A stretch of DNA of 32,571 bases from positions 1-32,571 of the IMG/VR virus record IMGVR_UViG_3300015370_000394. One strand, written 5' to 3'. This DNA is from a virus (lineage: Duplodnaviria; Caudoviricetes). Of the stretch, positions 18,191-26,515 are shown piece by piece (positions within the stretch are counted from its first letter, which is position 1; every line of letters starts with the position of its first letter). The notes beneath the pieces were generated by a model. That model was not told where the DNA came from. It saw only the letters and a list, made by a program, of their open reading frames with translations, and made no database searches. A program made the translations under genes and the position numbers.

Positions 18191-18652
18191 CTACTGCTGG
18201 CGGAATCGCAGCTGGAAAAGCGTTCCGTTCCAGACGGCGCCAGCACCGTTGACGGTGATGGTGGCGAAGATGCGGGAGCCCGCCGGGATGAGGGTCAGCT
18301 GGTGGGCGGCCGTCTGGGTTCCCGGGGTGTTGACGTCCTGGGTCACCGCCAGTGTGACTCCGTTGGTGACGGTCGAGAGTGCCACGTCGGCTCCGTCAGC
18401 GCCGTCGTCGTACTCGAACAGCACGTTCAGGGAGTTGGCTTGCGCCGGCACCGTGGTCTCCACCACGTAGTCGATGCCCACCAGATAGCCAGCCACCGGG
18501 GTCTTGGCCACGAGCGTGTGATCGTCGGCGGCCACTACCGGGTGCTGGCAGGTGAAGAAGATGTCCCTGATTGCTTTCTGGTAGGCGTCCTTGTCTCCGA
18601 GGGCGTCGTCCAGCTGCGAAGCAATGCGCTTTGCGTCCAATTCGAGAGTCAT
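18191..18652 (-). CDS. capsid decoration-like protein, paralog A
   Basis: TAAGGAG RBS right after the capsid gene; 153 aa; paralog of 17325..17786. Confidence 0.65.
   Translation of the reverse strand: MTLELDAKRIASQLDDALGDKDAYQKAIRDIFFTCQHPVVAADDHTLVAKTPVAGYLVGIDYVVETTVPAQANSLNVLFEYDDGADGADVALSTVTNGVTLAVTQDVNTPGTQTAAHQLTLIPAGSRIFATITVNGAGAVWNGTLFQLRFRQQ
18226..18261. repeat. 36-bp exact direct repeat, copy 2
   Basis: Identical to 17360..17395. Confidence 0.9.
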
Positions 18653-18661
18653 GGCTTCTCC

Positions 18662-19894
18662 TTACGCGCCGAAGCTGATGTGGGTGGAGTCCTGGGGACG
18701 GGTGCAGCCGAGCTGCGGGTAGGCGCGGTGGCGCATCTGGATGGCGTCTGCCAGGGCCTCGAGGTGCCAGAGTTGCCCGTCGTCGTCCACGGGGTGCGGG
18801 CACTTGCCGATGGCCCCGAGGATCCAGCTCGAGCGGCTGGTGAGCATCGAGACGTTCTCGGGCCAGGCCGAGGACTCCAGCACCGAGATGGTGCCGGACG
18901 GGGTGGAGACCCGAAGACCCTTCAGGCCGATGCCAGGGTAGTCGGTCTTCATGTTGAATGTCTGCTTGGCGCCGACAGCTTGATCGATCTCCGCCATCTT
19001 CAGCGGGTTGACCCACCAAGTGTCACAGCGACCGCGGTTGTTGCGGTTCTTCGCGCCGGCCTCTCGGATGATGTCGAGGATGTGCTGGGCGCCGCCAGCC
19101 ACGCGGGTCCCCGAAAGGGCGCCGATGTGGTTGGTACGAACCAACGTCGTCATGAACACCGCCGCGCCGGGGGCGGTCGGGGGGATCCACGCCTGCATCC
19201 CTTGCAGGGTCGTCTGGGTCATCCCGTCGTAGTCGCTCTCGCGGTAGATGTAGTCGCTCACCACAGCTGCCGGGATGCCGGTCAGGATGGGCACGGTGGT
19301 CGTCAGCGTTCCGGTTGACGGGTCGATGCTCAGGATCTCGAGGGTCCCCGCTCGGACTCCTGCGGCGGCCGTGTAGCCGTTGTCAACGGACAACTGAACC
19401 TTCATGCCACGGGTGAACAGGTACGCCGTGGACGGGTCGGTCAGCGTGATCACCGAGCCGGCGATGGTCTCGGTGGGGTGGACGCGCCCTCGAGCTCCGC
19501 CGCCGGTGCCGGCAAGCTTGTGCTCGAACAGGAGGCACATCTCCTCATTGGAGGTGTCGACGGCTTCCTCGACGGCCTTCACCATCGCCTTGCCGTTTCC
19601 GGCCGTGCGCCGGGCCGCCTTCATGTTCATCGAGACGACGACATGCTCCTCGGCATACTCGGGCTGGGCCTCGTCGTAGGCGGGAGCGCTCTTGTTCGCC
19701 AGCGCCACAGCGATGTTGGTGCCACCTCGGACGGCGTTGGTCCGATAGGCGATCTTCCACGGTTTCTCCCCGTGGTCGGTCTCGATCTTGAACCAGGCGA
19801 AAAAGTCGCTCTTCTCCGCGAGATAGCGCGTCACGCCTTTCTGGTAACGCTCACAGTAGACCTTGTCGAAGGTGTCAACGGTAAATCCAGGCAC
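18662..19894 (-). CDS. major capsid protein
   Basis: 410 aa after the scaffold; GGAGA RBS; strong codon bias; HK97-like 'WVNPLKMAEI' and C-terminal 'YPQLGCTRP'. Confidence 0.8.
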   Translation of the reverse strand: MPGFTVDTFDKVYCERYQKGVTRYLAEKSDFFAWFKIETDHGEKPWKIAYRTNAVRGGTNIAVALANKSAPAYDEAQPEYAEEHVVVSMNMKAARRTAGNGKAMVKAVEEAVDTSNEEMCLLFEHKLAGTGGGARGRVHPTETIAGSVITLTDPSTAYLFTRGMKVQLSVDNGYTAAAGVRAGTLEILSIDPSTGTLTTTVPILTGIPAAVVSDYIYRESDYDGMTQTTLQGMQAWIPPTAPGAAVFMTTLVRTNHIGALSGTRVAGGAQHILDIIREAGAKNRNNRGRCDTWWVNPLKMAEIDQAVGAKQTFNMKTDYPGIGLKGLRVSTPSGTISVLESSAWPENVSMLTSRSSWILGAIGKCPHPVDDDGQLWHLEALADAIQMRHRAYPQLGCTRPQDSTHISFGA

Positions 19895-19925
19895 GGCTTT
19901 TCTCCGGTAGAGGGACTATGAGGAG

Positions 19926-20957
19926 TTACCCTCGAGATGCCTCTTCAGCGACGCGGATCGCGTTCGCTCGGAGCTGTTCTTCCGTTAGCTCGCGGCGGCC
20001 GGCTGGTTCCGCTGCGGCGCGGGCGTTGACACGCCCCGGGGCTTTCGCTCGCTGTGAGATTGAGCGCGGGTCCCCTGTCCCCTGCTGGACACTTTGTCTA
20101 CCGTTGCCATCTTGGCCACGAATATGATTTACCCACGGTTCGGCCAGCTCGTCAAGGCGATCAAGAAAGTCGCGAGGATGGATCTGGGGGTCCTCGCGCA
20201 TCACTTTGGCGTGTTCTGCGCGGGTTAGCTGCTCTCGAAGGGCCGGATGGAGGGCCGATAAAAAAGGGAACTCGGCGGCGTCTTTCGTGTCCGCGATGCC
20301 CACCGCCCACTGGATATCCTCTTCCACAAGGTTCTGATGATGGGCCTGCTGTTGGCGCTGCTGGGCTTGCTGCTGCTGGGTCGTGAGGTTGTTTTTCAGC
20401 TCTGCCAGCTCCGTTTTGAGCTGATCCAGCTCTGTTCGCTGCCCTGGGTGGATGGACTGGGCGTCCAGCACCGAACCAGTCAGCAACTCGTGAGAGATCC
20501 CGTAGCGACGACTCAGGGCGCCGGCCGGATCGTTACGGACGTCGCGCTCGAAGGAGTCCCAGTGTCGGCGCTCCACCTCGATGGCGGCCTCGCGGGCAGC
20601 GATCTGGTTCAGGACGGTCTGGTTCTCTTGGAGCTTGCGCTCCGCCTGGCGGGCCATGCGCTGCTGCTGTCCTACCCGGTAGGCCTGCTGCCGTTCCTTG
20701 CGGGTGGGTTTCTTGGGGGGCGGCTCCGCGGGCTCTGGAGGAGTCTTAGGCTCCGCGGCCCCTGCCGGCTCGGCGGGGGGCTCGCCATCCTCTGCGGGTT
20801 CCGGGTCCATCGGCTGCCCGAACTCCGAGGGGCTGTCGACCACGGCCGCGGCGGCGTCCCGGGCGGCGTCCTCGGAGGCCTGGTGGTCGTCCGCTCCGGT
20901 GTCGGCGGGCGCTGCGTTGTGATCTGCTACGGGCTCGGCAATGAACTCTTGTGACAT
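19926..20957 (-). CDS. capsid scaffolding protein
   Basis: Acidic/Pro-rich N-terminus, Gln-rich coiled coil; lies between portal and capsid. Confidence 0.7.
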   Translation of the reverse strand: MSQEFIAEPVADHNAAPADTGADDHQASEDAARDAAAAVVDSPSEFGQPMDPEPAEDGEPPAEPAGAAEPKTPPEPAEPPPKKPTRKERQQAYRVGQQQRMARQAERKLQENQTVLNQIAAREAAIEVERRHWDSFERDVRNDPAGALSRRYGISHELLTGSVLDAQSIHPGQRTELDQLKTELAELKNNLTTQQQQAQQRQQQAHHQNLVEEDIQWAVGIADTKDAAEFPFLSALHPALREQLTRAEHAKVMREDPQIHPRDFLDRLDELAEPWVNHIRGQDGNGRQSVQQGTGDPRSISQRAKAPGRVNARAAAEPAGRRELTEEQLRANAIRVAEEASRG

Positions 20958-20982
20958 AAATTCGACCGCTTAGGGTGATCTG

Positions 20983-22851
20983 CTACATGGGCGGCGGGCC
21001 CGGGGCGGGCGGCTGTCCCATGTCGACAGTTGGGGGCAACATTGGGCCTTCGCCCAGTGGAGGAGGTCCCATCGGCGGCCCCGGCGGTGGGCCCATGCCG
21101 GGCGGGGGCATCGGGGGCGCAGCGTCGGCCGCAACTTTGGCGGCGTCTGCTGCCAGCTTCTTGGCGGCGTTCTCGATGTTGCCCACCACGTTGTCGATCC
21201 ATAGACTGAGCTTCGAGAGCCGATCCTTGGGGGCGCCGTCCAGACGGGCGCGCATCAGGGCCCGGGTGGCCATCTTGACGGCTCGCTGTCCGTCCAGGTA
21301 GGTCTCCGGTTGGGTGAAGTTGCCCTCGTAGAGTATTTCGTCGATGGCGGCCTCGATGATGTCGACATGAGCGGTGGCTAGGCGGCGGAGCTTCTCGAAG
21401 TCAGACAGGGTGGAGTTGGCCCACATCTGATCCCGGTCGATGATGCCGTCTTTGTACAGCTCTACCAGCTCGTCGAACTCGGTCCCCGGGTCCAGGCCCA
21501 GGCTCGAGGCAGGCTTGGCGGTAATCTGCAAGGTCTCTACGTCGAGCTCGAGCATAGTGGCGGAGATGTCCTTGGTGACGCCCGACACGTTGATGGTGAC
21601 CTTGTGGCTCGGATCAGCGTTGTGGGCCCGCGCCTCGCCCTTGGCCAGCTCCCTCATGCACATCTCGGCGAAGGCTTGGATCTCGGTGATGGCCGGCTTG
21701 TGGCGCCGGTTGGAGATCACGTAGTGGACCCGCTGGGCCCGACCGCTCTCCAGGCCCTTGGGGACCTCGCCGGCCGCGAAGGACTTGCTCGCCGCCATGC
21801 ACTCGAAGATGACTTGGTCGAGCACCTGTAGGCGGGCGTAGACCTCGGGGTGGACCGCCTCCATCACTACCTTCTGGATGTGCTGCCCAGGGGGCATGGT
21901 GCACTCGACGGGCAACTCGGGACTGTTGGTCAGGGCTCCATCGGGGATGAGCCCCTGGGTCACAAACAGACGCGGAGTTTGCCAGAACATGCCCGTCTGG
22001 ATGTCTTCGCTGAGATCGTTGCGCTCGATCTGCATCGGGGCGGCTCGGGCGACGTCGCTCTCCCCCCACATCCCCTGGGTGGGCGGATTGATGCGCAGAT
22101 AGGCCCACGGTGGGCGGTCGGTCCACTCCTCATCTTTGAGCGCCTTCTCGACCCCCCGGCAGGCGATGACGTGCCGGCCCGGGTCGTCTTCGCTCCCGTG
22201 GTACCAGCCTTCGTAGACCTCCAGGACGTCACGGTTCCGAACCCCACCGGCCGACTCGGCGACCATGATGTCGTCCTTGAGCTTGGGATACTGTCGGGCC
22301 AGCCAGTGGCGGGGGAGCCGGCGGCGAATGATGACCTCGGGAGGCTCAACCTTGCCGGTGCAGCCCGAATCGTCGACGAATAAATCGCAGGGGTGGCCGC
22401 GCTCGAGCGAGGGGCCGTCGTCCCCATCTACCACCACCGCGTAGCCGATCCCAGCAATCGAGGAGTCGCGCGAGGCACGGTGCTGTAGCTGGGGGTAGCC
22501 GTGCTTCTGGTGGGCGGCGTCAGCATACCAGCCCCAGTAGCGGGCCTGCTCGCGGGCGTGCCAGGAGGCCGACCGAAGGGTGATGACGACACGCACCGGC
22601 TCCTGATTGAGCTCGGCGGCCTTGGCGTCCACGGCCTCGGCGGTAGTGTTGCGCTGGGTGCGGTGTAGCGGGATGGTCTCGTGCGCGAGCCCGTAGGCGT
22701 CCCCATACATGCAGTAATACTCGACGGAGCGCGCAAACCGGTCCGAGAACATGGTCTCGATCTCATCAGCCCGGTCCACCAGCATGATGGCGACCTTTTT
22801 GGGGAGCGCCACGTCGTGCTGAAACCACATTGGGATCAGATCGGCGGCCAT
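20983..22851 (-). CDS. portal protein
   Basis: 622 aa after TerL; 'RDSSIAGIGY', 'HPCDLFVD', 'WGES', 'GLESGRA' motifs; Pro/Met/Gly-rich tail. Confidence 0.8.
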   Translation of the reverse strand: MAADLIPMWFQHDVALPKKVAIMLVDRADEIETMFSDRFARSVEYYCMYGDAYGLAHETIPLHRTQRNTTAEAVDAKAAELNQEPVRVVITLRSASWHAREQARYWGWYADAAHQKHGYPQLQHRASRDSSIAGIGYAVVVDGDDGPSLERGHPCDLFVDDSGCTGKVEPPEVIIRRRLPRHWLARQYPKLKDDIMVAESAGGVRNRDVLEVYEGWYHGSEDDPGRHVIACRGVEKALKDEEWTDRPPWAYLRINPPTQGMWGESDVARAAPMQIERNDLSEDIQTGMFWQTPRLFVTQGLIPDGALTNSPELPVECTMPPGQHIQKVVMEAVHPEVYARLQVLDQVIFECMAASKSFAAGEVPKGLESGRAQRVHYVISNRRHKPAITEIQAFAEMCMRELAKGEARAHNADPSHKVTINVSGVTKDISATMLELDVETLQITAKPASSLGLDPGTEFDELVELYKDGIIDRDQMWANSTLSDFEKLRRLATAHVDIIEAAIDEILYEGNFTQPETYLDGQRAVKMATRALMRARLDGAPKDRLSKLSLWIDNVVGNIENAAKKLAADAAKVAADAAPPMPPPGMGPPPGPPMGPPPLGEGPMLPPTVDMGQPPAPGPPPM

Positions 22852-22854
22852 CGG

Positions 22855-23133
22855 CTAGCCCTTCTCTTTCACGATGGGGACCTGGCCAGAGTGCCGGTAG
22901 GCGGCGAGCCGGCGTCTCTCGTCGGACTCTTCCCGCAGTCTCTCCCGCTGTTCGCGCAACATGCCGCTCTCGGAGGCTGAACGGATCGGGATGGGGACGG
23001 CCCCGGCGGCGGGCGGGGGAACGAAGACTGCCTCCAGCATGTCCTGCCCCTCTGAGAATTTGATAGAGGACAGCCCCATCTTTTGGGCCATCACCAGGAT
23101 GGTCTTGACGGTGCGGGGACTCATTCGATGCAC
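22855..23133 (-). CDS. hypothetical protein upstream of the portal
   Basis: 92-aa ORF filling the gap between GroES and the portal. Confidence 0.6.
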   Translation of the reverse strand: MHRMSPRTVKTILVMAQKMGLSSIKFSEGQDMLEAVFVPPPAAGAVPIPIRSASESGMLREQRERLREESDERRRLAAYRHSGQVPIVKEKG

Positions 23134-23513
23134 CCGTCCAGGCCCTCGATGATGCCGGCCCGCCCGAACGAGTCGCCCTGCACGACGGCTACGATCCCGA
23201 ACTCCTGGATGAGCGCGTGGAGCTGGCCCTCGACCGGAGCGCGCATGCAGTGGGCCGGTTGGACCACCACACAGTCTCCTACCACGACCGAGACGGGTCG
23301 AAGCACCCCGGTAGCGTCCCGGACGCCCGGACCTACGGCAACAACCTCCCAGGCAGCTAGGCGGGGCGAGTTGTTGGTCTCGGGGACGATGATCCCGCCA
23401 GGAGTGATCCCTCGAGGGCGCTCTTTGAGGAGGATCCAGTCTCGAACGGGCCGGATGTCGAGTTTCGGGTTGATGGGGACGACGTTTGACTCTCCGAGGA
23501 CGCGCTGGGGCAT
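23121..23513 (-). CDS. groES: GroES/Cpn10 co-chaperonin
   Basis: 'IRPVRDWILLK', mobile loop 'TPGGIIVP', 'EVVAVGPG', 'VVVGDCV'. Confidence 0.9.
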   Translation of the reverse strand: MPQRVLGESNVVPINPKLDIRPVRDWILLKERPRGITPGGIIVPETNNSPRLAAWEVVAVGPGVRDATGVLRPVSVVVGDCVVVQPAHCMRAPVEGQLHALIQEFGIVAVVQGDSFGRAGIIEGLDGCIE

Positions 23514-23567
23514 GTAGACAGCGTTAACATGCTTGCTTAGGTCGTGGCAAGTCGCCTTGGGGTCGTT

Positions 23568-25067
23568 TCAGCGTTTTCCCTTCCATCCTCCGAACCGAAA
23601 AGTCCGGCTCGTGCCCTCTCCGCGCCCCTTTCTGGCCTTCCGGGCCTCCAGGGCGATGCGTCGTGTGTAGCGGACCTTCTCGGAAGCCTCCGGCGCCTTG
23701 ACGGGCGCTAGGATGCCGGACTGCTGCCAGCAACAGAGGGCCAGGGAGGCTACCAGATCGCCATGAGCCCCGTCCTCCCGGGGGTAGACGACCCGCAGGC
23801 CCGTCGACGTAGGGACGAGCTGCACGCTGTCTATCTGCGCACACAGGCGCGCGCGAAGCCCGCCCTCGGGGCAGTAGACCGAGACCAGGCCTTGCTGCAT
23901 GAGGGCCCGGAGCCTGGTGATGGGGTCGGCGGGCACCATGGGGGCGTCGAGCAGGATGAGCCCGGCCTTGTTGATGGGCTCCCGCAACGACTCGCGGTAA
24001 TGCTGGTCGGCCATGACGGCGCAAGCGGAGTGCAGCTTGAGCTGGGCGGCGATCTCGGCGCAGATGACCGAAGGGACGAGGGGATGGCCCTCGGCGGGCC
24101 GCCATTCCTTGACGAGGCGAACGTAGTAGTGGGAGAGCCGGCGATTGGCAGCGATGAGCGTCGAGCTGTCTTGGCGGAGCCCCAAGTCCGCTCCAGCTAC
24201 TATCTGGTCCCCGAGCTCGTCTTCCGGGGGGCGCTCGAGCCACTTGAGCTGCCGGGAGTCGAGCATCCCGACCATAACCCTGGGCATCGGGATCGCCGCA
24301 TACTCGCGGCGCCACTTGAGATCGTCGGGCTCCTCCAGGTGGGTGGACTCCTCTGTGAAGATGTCGGGGTTCGCCACCCAAGTGGGCGCCTGCCCCACAA
24401 CCTGGACCGAGTTGGTCCCCTGGGCGGCTGCCGAATAATGCTCCCCCATCTCGGCCCACGGAGAAGAGATCCACCACTCCCGAGCCCCGTAGCGCCGCAT
24501 CGAAGAGAGCGAGGGCCTCGCCGAAGCGATGACCTCATTGGCCGGGTTGGCTCCTCCGGCCTTGTCGCGCCATTTGGCCATCTCGTCGAAGACGCACCCG
24601 ATCCACGTGTCGCCCAAGACCGCGATGGCGTTGCAGGCGTAAACCGCGATGTCGATGGGGCGGTCCAAGAGGGTAACGACGTCCGCCGTAGGCTGAAACG
24701 GGATCTCCAGGGCCTCCAGGTACTGGGCGCAAGTCTTGAGCCGGCGGCGAGCCTGGGGCAGCGAAGCGGAGATGATGGCAAAGATCCCCCGGTCTCCGTA
24801 CGGGATGGGCCAGTCTCTCCCGGTACTCTCCGCCGCCGCGATCCTGCATGCGGTCGTGCTCTTGCCTCCCCGTCTCCCGACCTCGCCGACGAATCGCTGA
24901 CACTCCGATCCATAAACGGCTTCGATACAGCCTCCCCAGAATGGGGTAATTCTGGGAGCCCCATGCCCGAGCAGGATCCGCTCTTGGTCGCGGATGACCT
25001 CCAGCATGCTGCGCTGGGAAGCTACCAGATGGTGGGCGAGCTGTAGGGCGGCGGATAGGTCGGTCAT
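23568..25067 (-). CDS. terL: terminase large subunit
   Basis: Walker A 'GRRGGKST', Walker B 'CVFDE', coupling motif 'ISSP', nuclease motifs 'GADLG', 'ADQ', 'HGDLV'; TAATG coupling. Confidence 0.92.
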   Translation of the reverse strand: MTDLSAALQLAHHLVASQRSMLEVIRDQERILLGHGAPRITPFWGGCIEAVYGSECQRFVGEVGRRGGKSTTACRIAAAESTGRDWPIPYGDRGIFAIISASLPQARRRLKTCAQYLEALEIPFQPTADVVTLLDRPIDIAVYACNAIAVLGDTWIGCVFDEMAKWRDKAGGANPANEVIASARPSLSSMRRYGAREWWISSPWAEMGEHYSAAAQGTNSVQVVGQAPTWVANPDIFTEESTHLEEPDDLKWRREYAAIPMPRVMVGMLDSRQLKWLERPPEDELGDQIVAGADLGLRQDSSTLIAANRRLSHYYVRLVKEWRPAEGHPLVPSVICAEIAAQLKLHSACAVMADQHYRESLREPINKAGLILLDAPMVPADPITRLRALMQQGLVSVYCPEGGLRARLCAQIDSVQLVPTSTGLRVVYPREDGAHGDLVASLALCCWQQSGILAPVKAPEASEKVRYTRRIALEARKARKGRGEGTSRTFRFGGWKGKR

Positions 25068-25423
25068 TAGGTCTTGGCGTAGTGGGCCAGCACGCCCCGG
25101 ACCGTCGCGCCGAAAATGGCGTCCTTGGCCTTCTGCTCCTCGGGCAGGAAGTCGTAGGGCACCATACATGGGTGGGTCTTCTCGTTGACGTCCTTCACCA
25201 TACCGTGAATCCAACCTGCAGCCTCCTTTTCGTCGTACCAGCTCTTGTGGCTGGCCTCTGGGCTGATGGTTGGGTCGGCGACGATGGCCCTGACACCATT
25301 CACCGCGCTATCACGCTGCCATTGAGGGGCTTGGTCCCATGGTAGCTGGGTGTTGTCTCCGATGGCCTGACAGTAGATGCGGTTGAGGTCATGGGCGGCT
25401 TGGGCTGCTTTCTCGATGGACAT
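25067..25423 (-). CDS. stand-alone RyR-domain protein
   Basis: 'SHKSW..EK..AGW.HG.VKD...KTHPCMVPYDFLPEEQKAKD'; CAGGAG RBS. Confidence 0.85.
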   Translation of the reverse strand: MSIEKAAQAAHDLNRIYCQAIGDNTQLPWDQAPQWQRDSAVNGVRAIVADPTISPEASHKSWYDEKEAAGWIHGMVKDVNEKTHPCMVPYDFLPEEQKAKDAIFGATVRGVLAHYAKT

Positions 25424-25571
25424 AGTTCGTCTCCTGAGTGTGTGGGAATTTCTGGAGGATTTTGAGGGGGCGGGGGAGAGCAAAAGGGGAGGGGGGTCGC
25501 CGGCACAAAAGGGGGATCGCTTTGCGGTCATTTCGACCCTGGCAGCGCCCTGCCCATGGGTCTAGCCGACC

Positions 25572-26078
25572 TCATTCCGTCTCGCCCGAGGTCATCTCGA
25601 CCACCAGCGCTTCGTCCGCTCTCCGGGCTCGGAGAGACTCGAGCGCAGCCACCAGCATCCTTTCCTGTTCCTCGGTCGACTGCGCGAGCGCCGGCCCCTG
25701 GCTGTGCGAGATTTGCAAGGTCCCGTGCTTCTCGGAGCGGCCATAGGTGCGATCCAGCACCTCCTGACAGGCCGCAAGCTGGATGCGTGGGTGCTCCCCG
25801 TCTCGCAGCAGCGCCCCGAGCACCTCGACCGCCTCAGGGGCAAGCGCACGGATCGCATCGAGGGCTTCCCCCTGCTCCTCAGTCAGGCTCCCGGGCCCAA
25901 ACCGGACCTTCCGTATCCCTCTAGAGTGCCTGGACCGTGCAGTGAGCGAGCTGGCCACTGTCTGGACGGTACCACGGGGACGAGCGGCCCCGCAACTTAG
26001 TCCACTTAGTCCGCAGGGGCGCGCGCTACCCTTGATAGTGCTGTCTTCTCGCTCCTCCCTCCCTCTCCCTACATCCAC
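25572..26078 (-). CDS. terminase small subunit-like protein (start uncertain; GTG at 25958 is plausible)
   Basis: 'APEAVEVLGALL......IQLAACQEVLDRTYGR' motif; first gene of the packaging operon. Confidence 0.6.
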   Translation of the reverse strand: MDVGRGREEREDSTIKGSARPCGLSGLSCGAARPRGTVQTVASSLTARSRHSRGIRKVRFGPGSLTEEQGEALDAIRALAPEAVEVLGALLRDGEHPRIQLAACQEVLDRTYGRSEKHGTLQISHSQGPALAQSTEEQERMLVAALESLRARRADEALVVEMTSGETE

Positions 26079-26144
26079 CTACTAGCCCGAACCCACTATC
26101 AGACCTAATCACAACGCTGATAGCCCATCCCAACCACAATCAAT

Positions 26145-26216
26145 GTGTTAAGTCAGCTATACACTTGGTGTAGGTGCGCATACTACAGGCCAAAAGTGTT
26201 AAGTCGGCTACGCACT
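26145..26216. repeat. two 21-bp imperfect direct repeats (26145..26165, 26196..26216)
   Basis: GTGTTAAGTCAGCTATACACT vs GTGTTAAGTCGGCTACGCACT (18/21 identical) in AT-richer intergenic DNA. Confidence 0.85.
26177..26192 (-). promoter_or_regulatory. putative sigma54 promoter of the late operon
   Basis: TGGCCTG-TAGT-ATGCG: exact GG-N10-GC spacing; intergenic and oriented toward terS. Confidence 0.55.
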
Positions 26217-26457
26217 AGCGCTTACAACCATGCGTAGCTCCAAAGGTTCTAGATTTGCCTCTTGACAAGCCCCGACGTGCCCTCCCCTACTACCCCTCTG
26301 AGCCCATCAGCACAGCACTAGCGGTAGCGCAGAGCGAAGGGCGGCAGCCCGAAGCCGCCGGACCAGACACAAAAGCACAATCGTCCTTCGTCCTCCCCCG
26401 TCCCTTCGGTCCTCCTCGCTCGCACCAGCTCGCGCCGTCCTCCCTCTCTGAAGTCCC

Positions 26458-26495
26458 AAAAAGAAAAGGGCCCGGACCTGGGAGGCGCGGACCCT
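26458..26495 (-). terminator. intrinsic terminator closing the small-gene/clamp cassette
   Basis: Minus strand AGGGTCCG-C-GCCT-CCC-AGGT-C-CGGGCCCT followed by TTTCTTTTT, 20 nt after the clamp stop. Confidence 0.8.
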
Positions 26496-26515
26496 AGTAG
26501 GTGGGCGAGATCGGG

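Noticed and set aside
17360-18261. 36-bp repeat as a DGR template/variable pair
   Set aside because: Both copies are in coding paralogs, flanking mismatches are not adenine-specific, and no reverse transcriptase is in the window.
18653-18664. Capsid read-through or frameshift extension into the decoration gene
   Set aside because: The stop is TAA and forms part of a TAAGGAG RBS; no slippery sequence is seen.
20983-21120. Pro/Gly/Met repeat at the portal C-terminus
   Set aside because: Low-complexity tails are common on podoviral portals; not a separate element.
1468-26078. Genome-wide TAG reassignment (genetic code 15)
   Set aside because: Genes are intact under code 11 at high coding density; TAG appears essentially only at gene ends.
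1574-26085. Many long plus-strand ORFs (e.g. 14693..16285, 9763..10962, 23763..25046, 7625..8581)
   Set aside because: Antisense shadows of GC-rich minus-strand genes; no RBS or recognisable motifs.
26261-26295. Plus-strand TTGACA as a sigma70 promoter, with ORF 26255..26497
   Set aside because: No acceptable -10 at 16-18 bp; the ORF lacks an RBS and looks non-coding.
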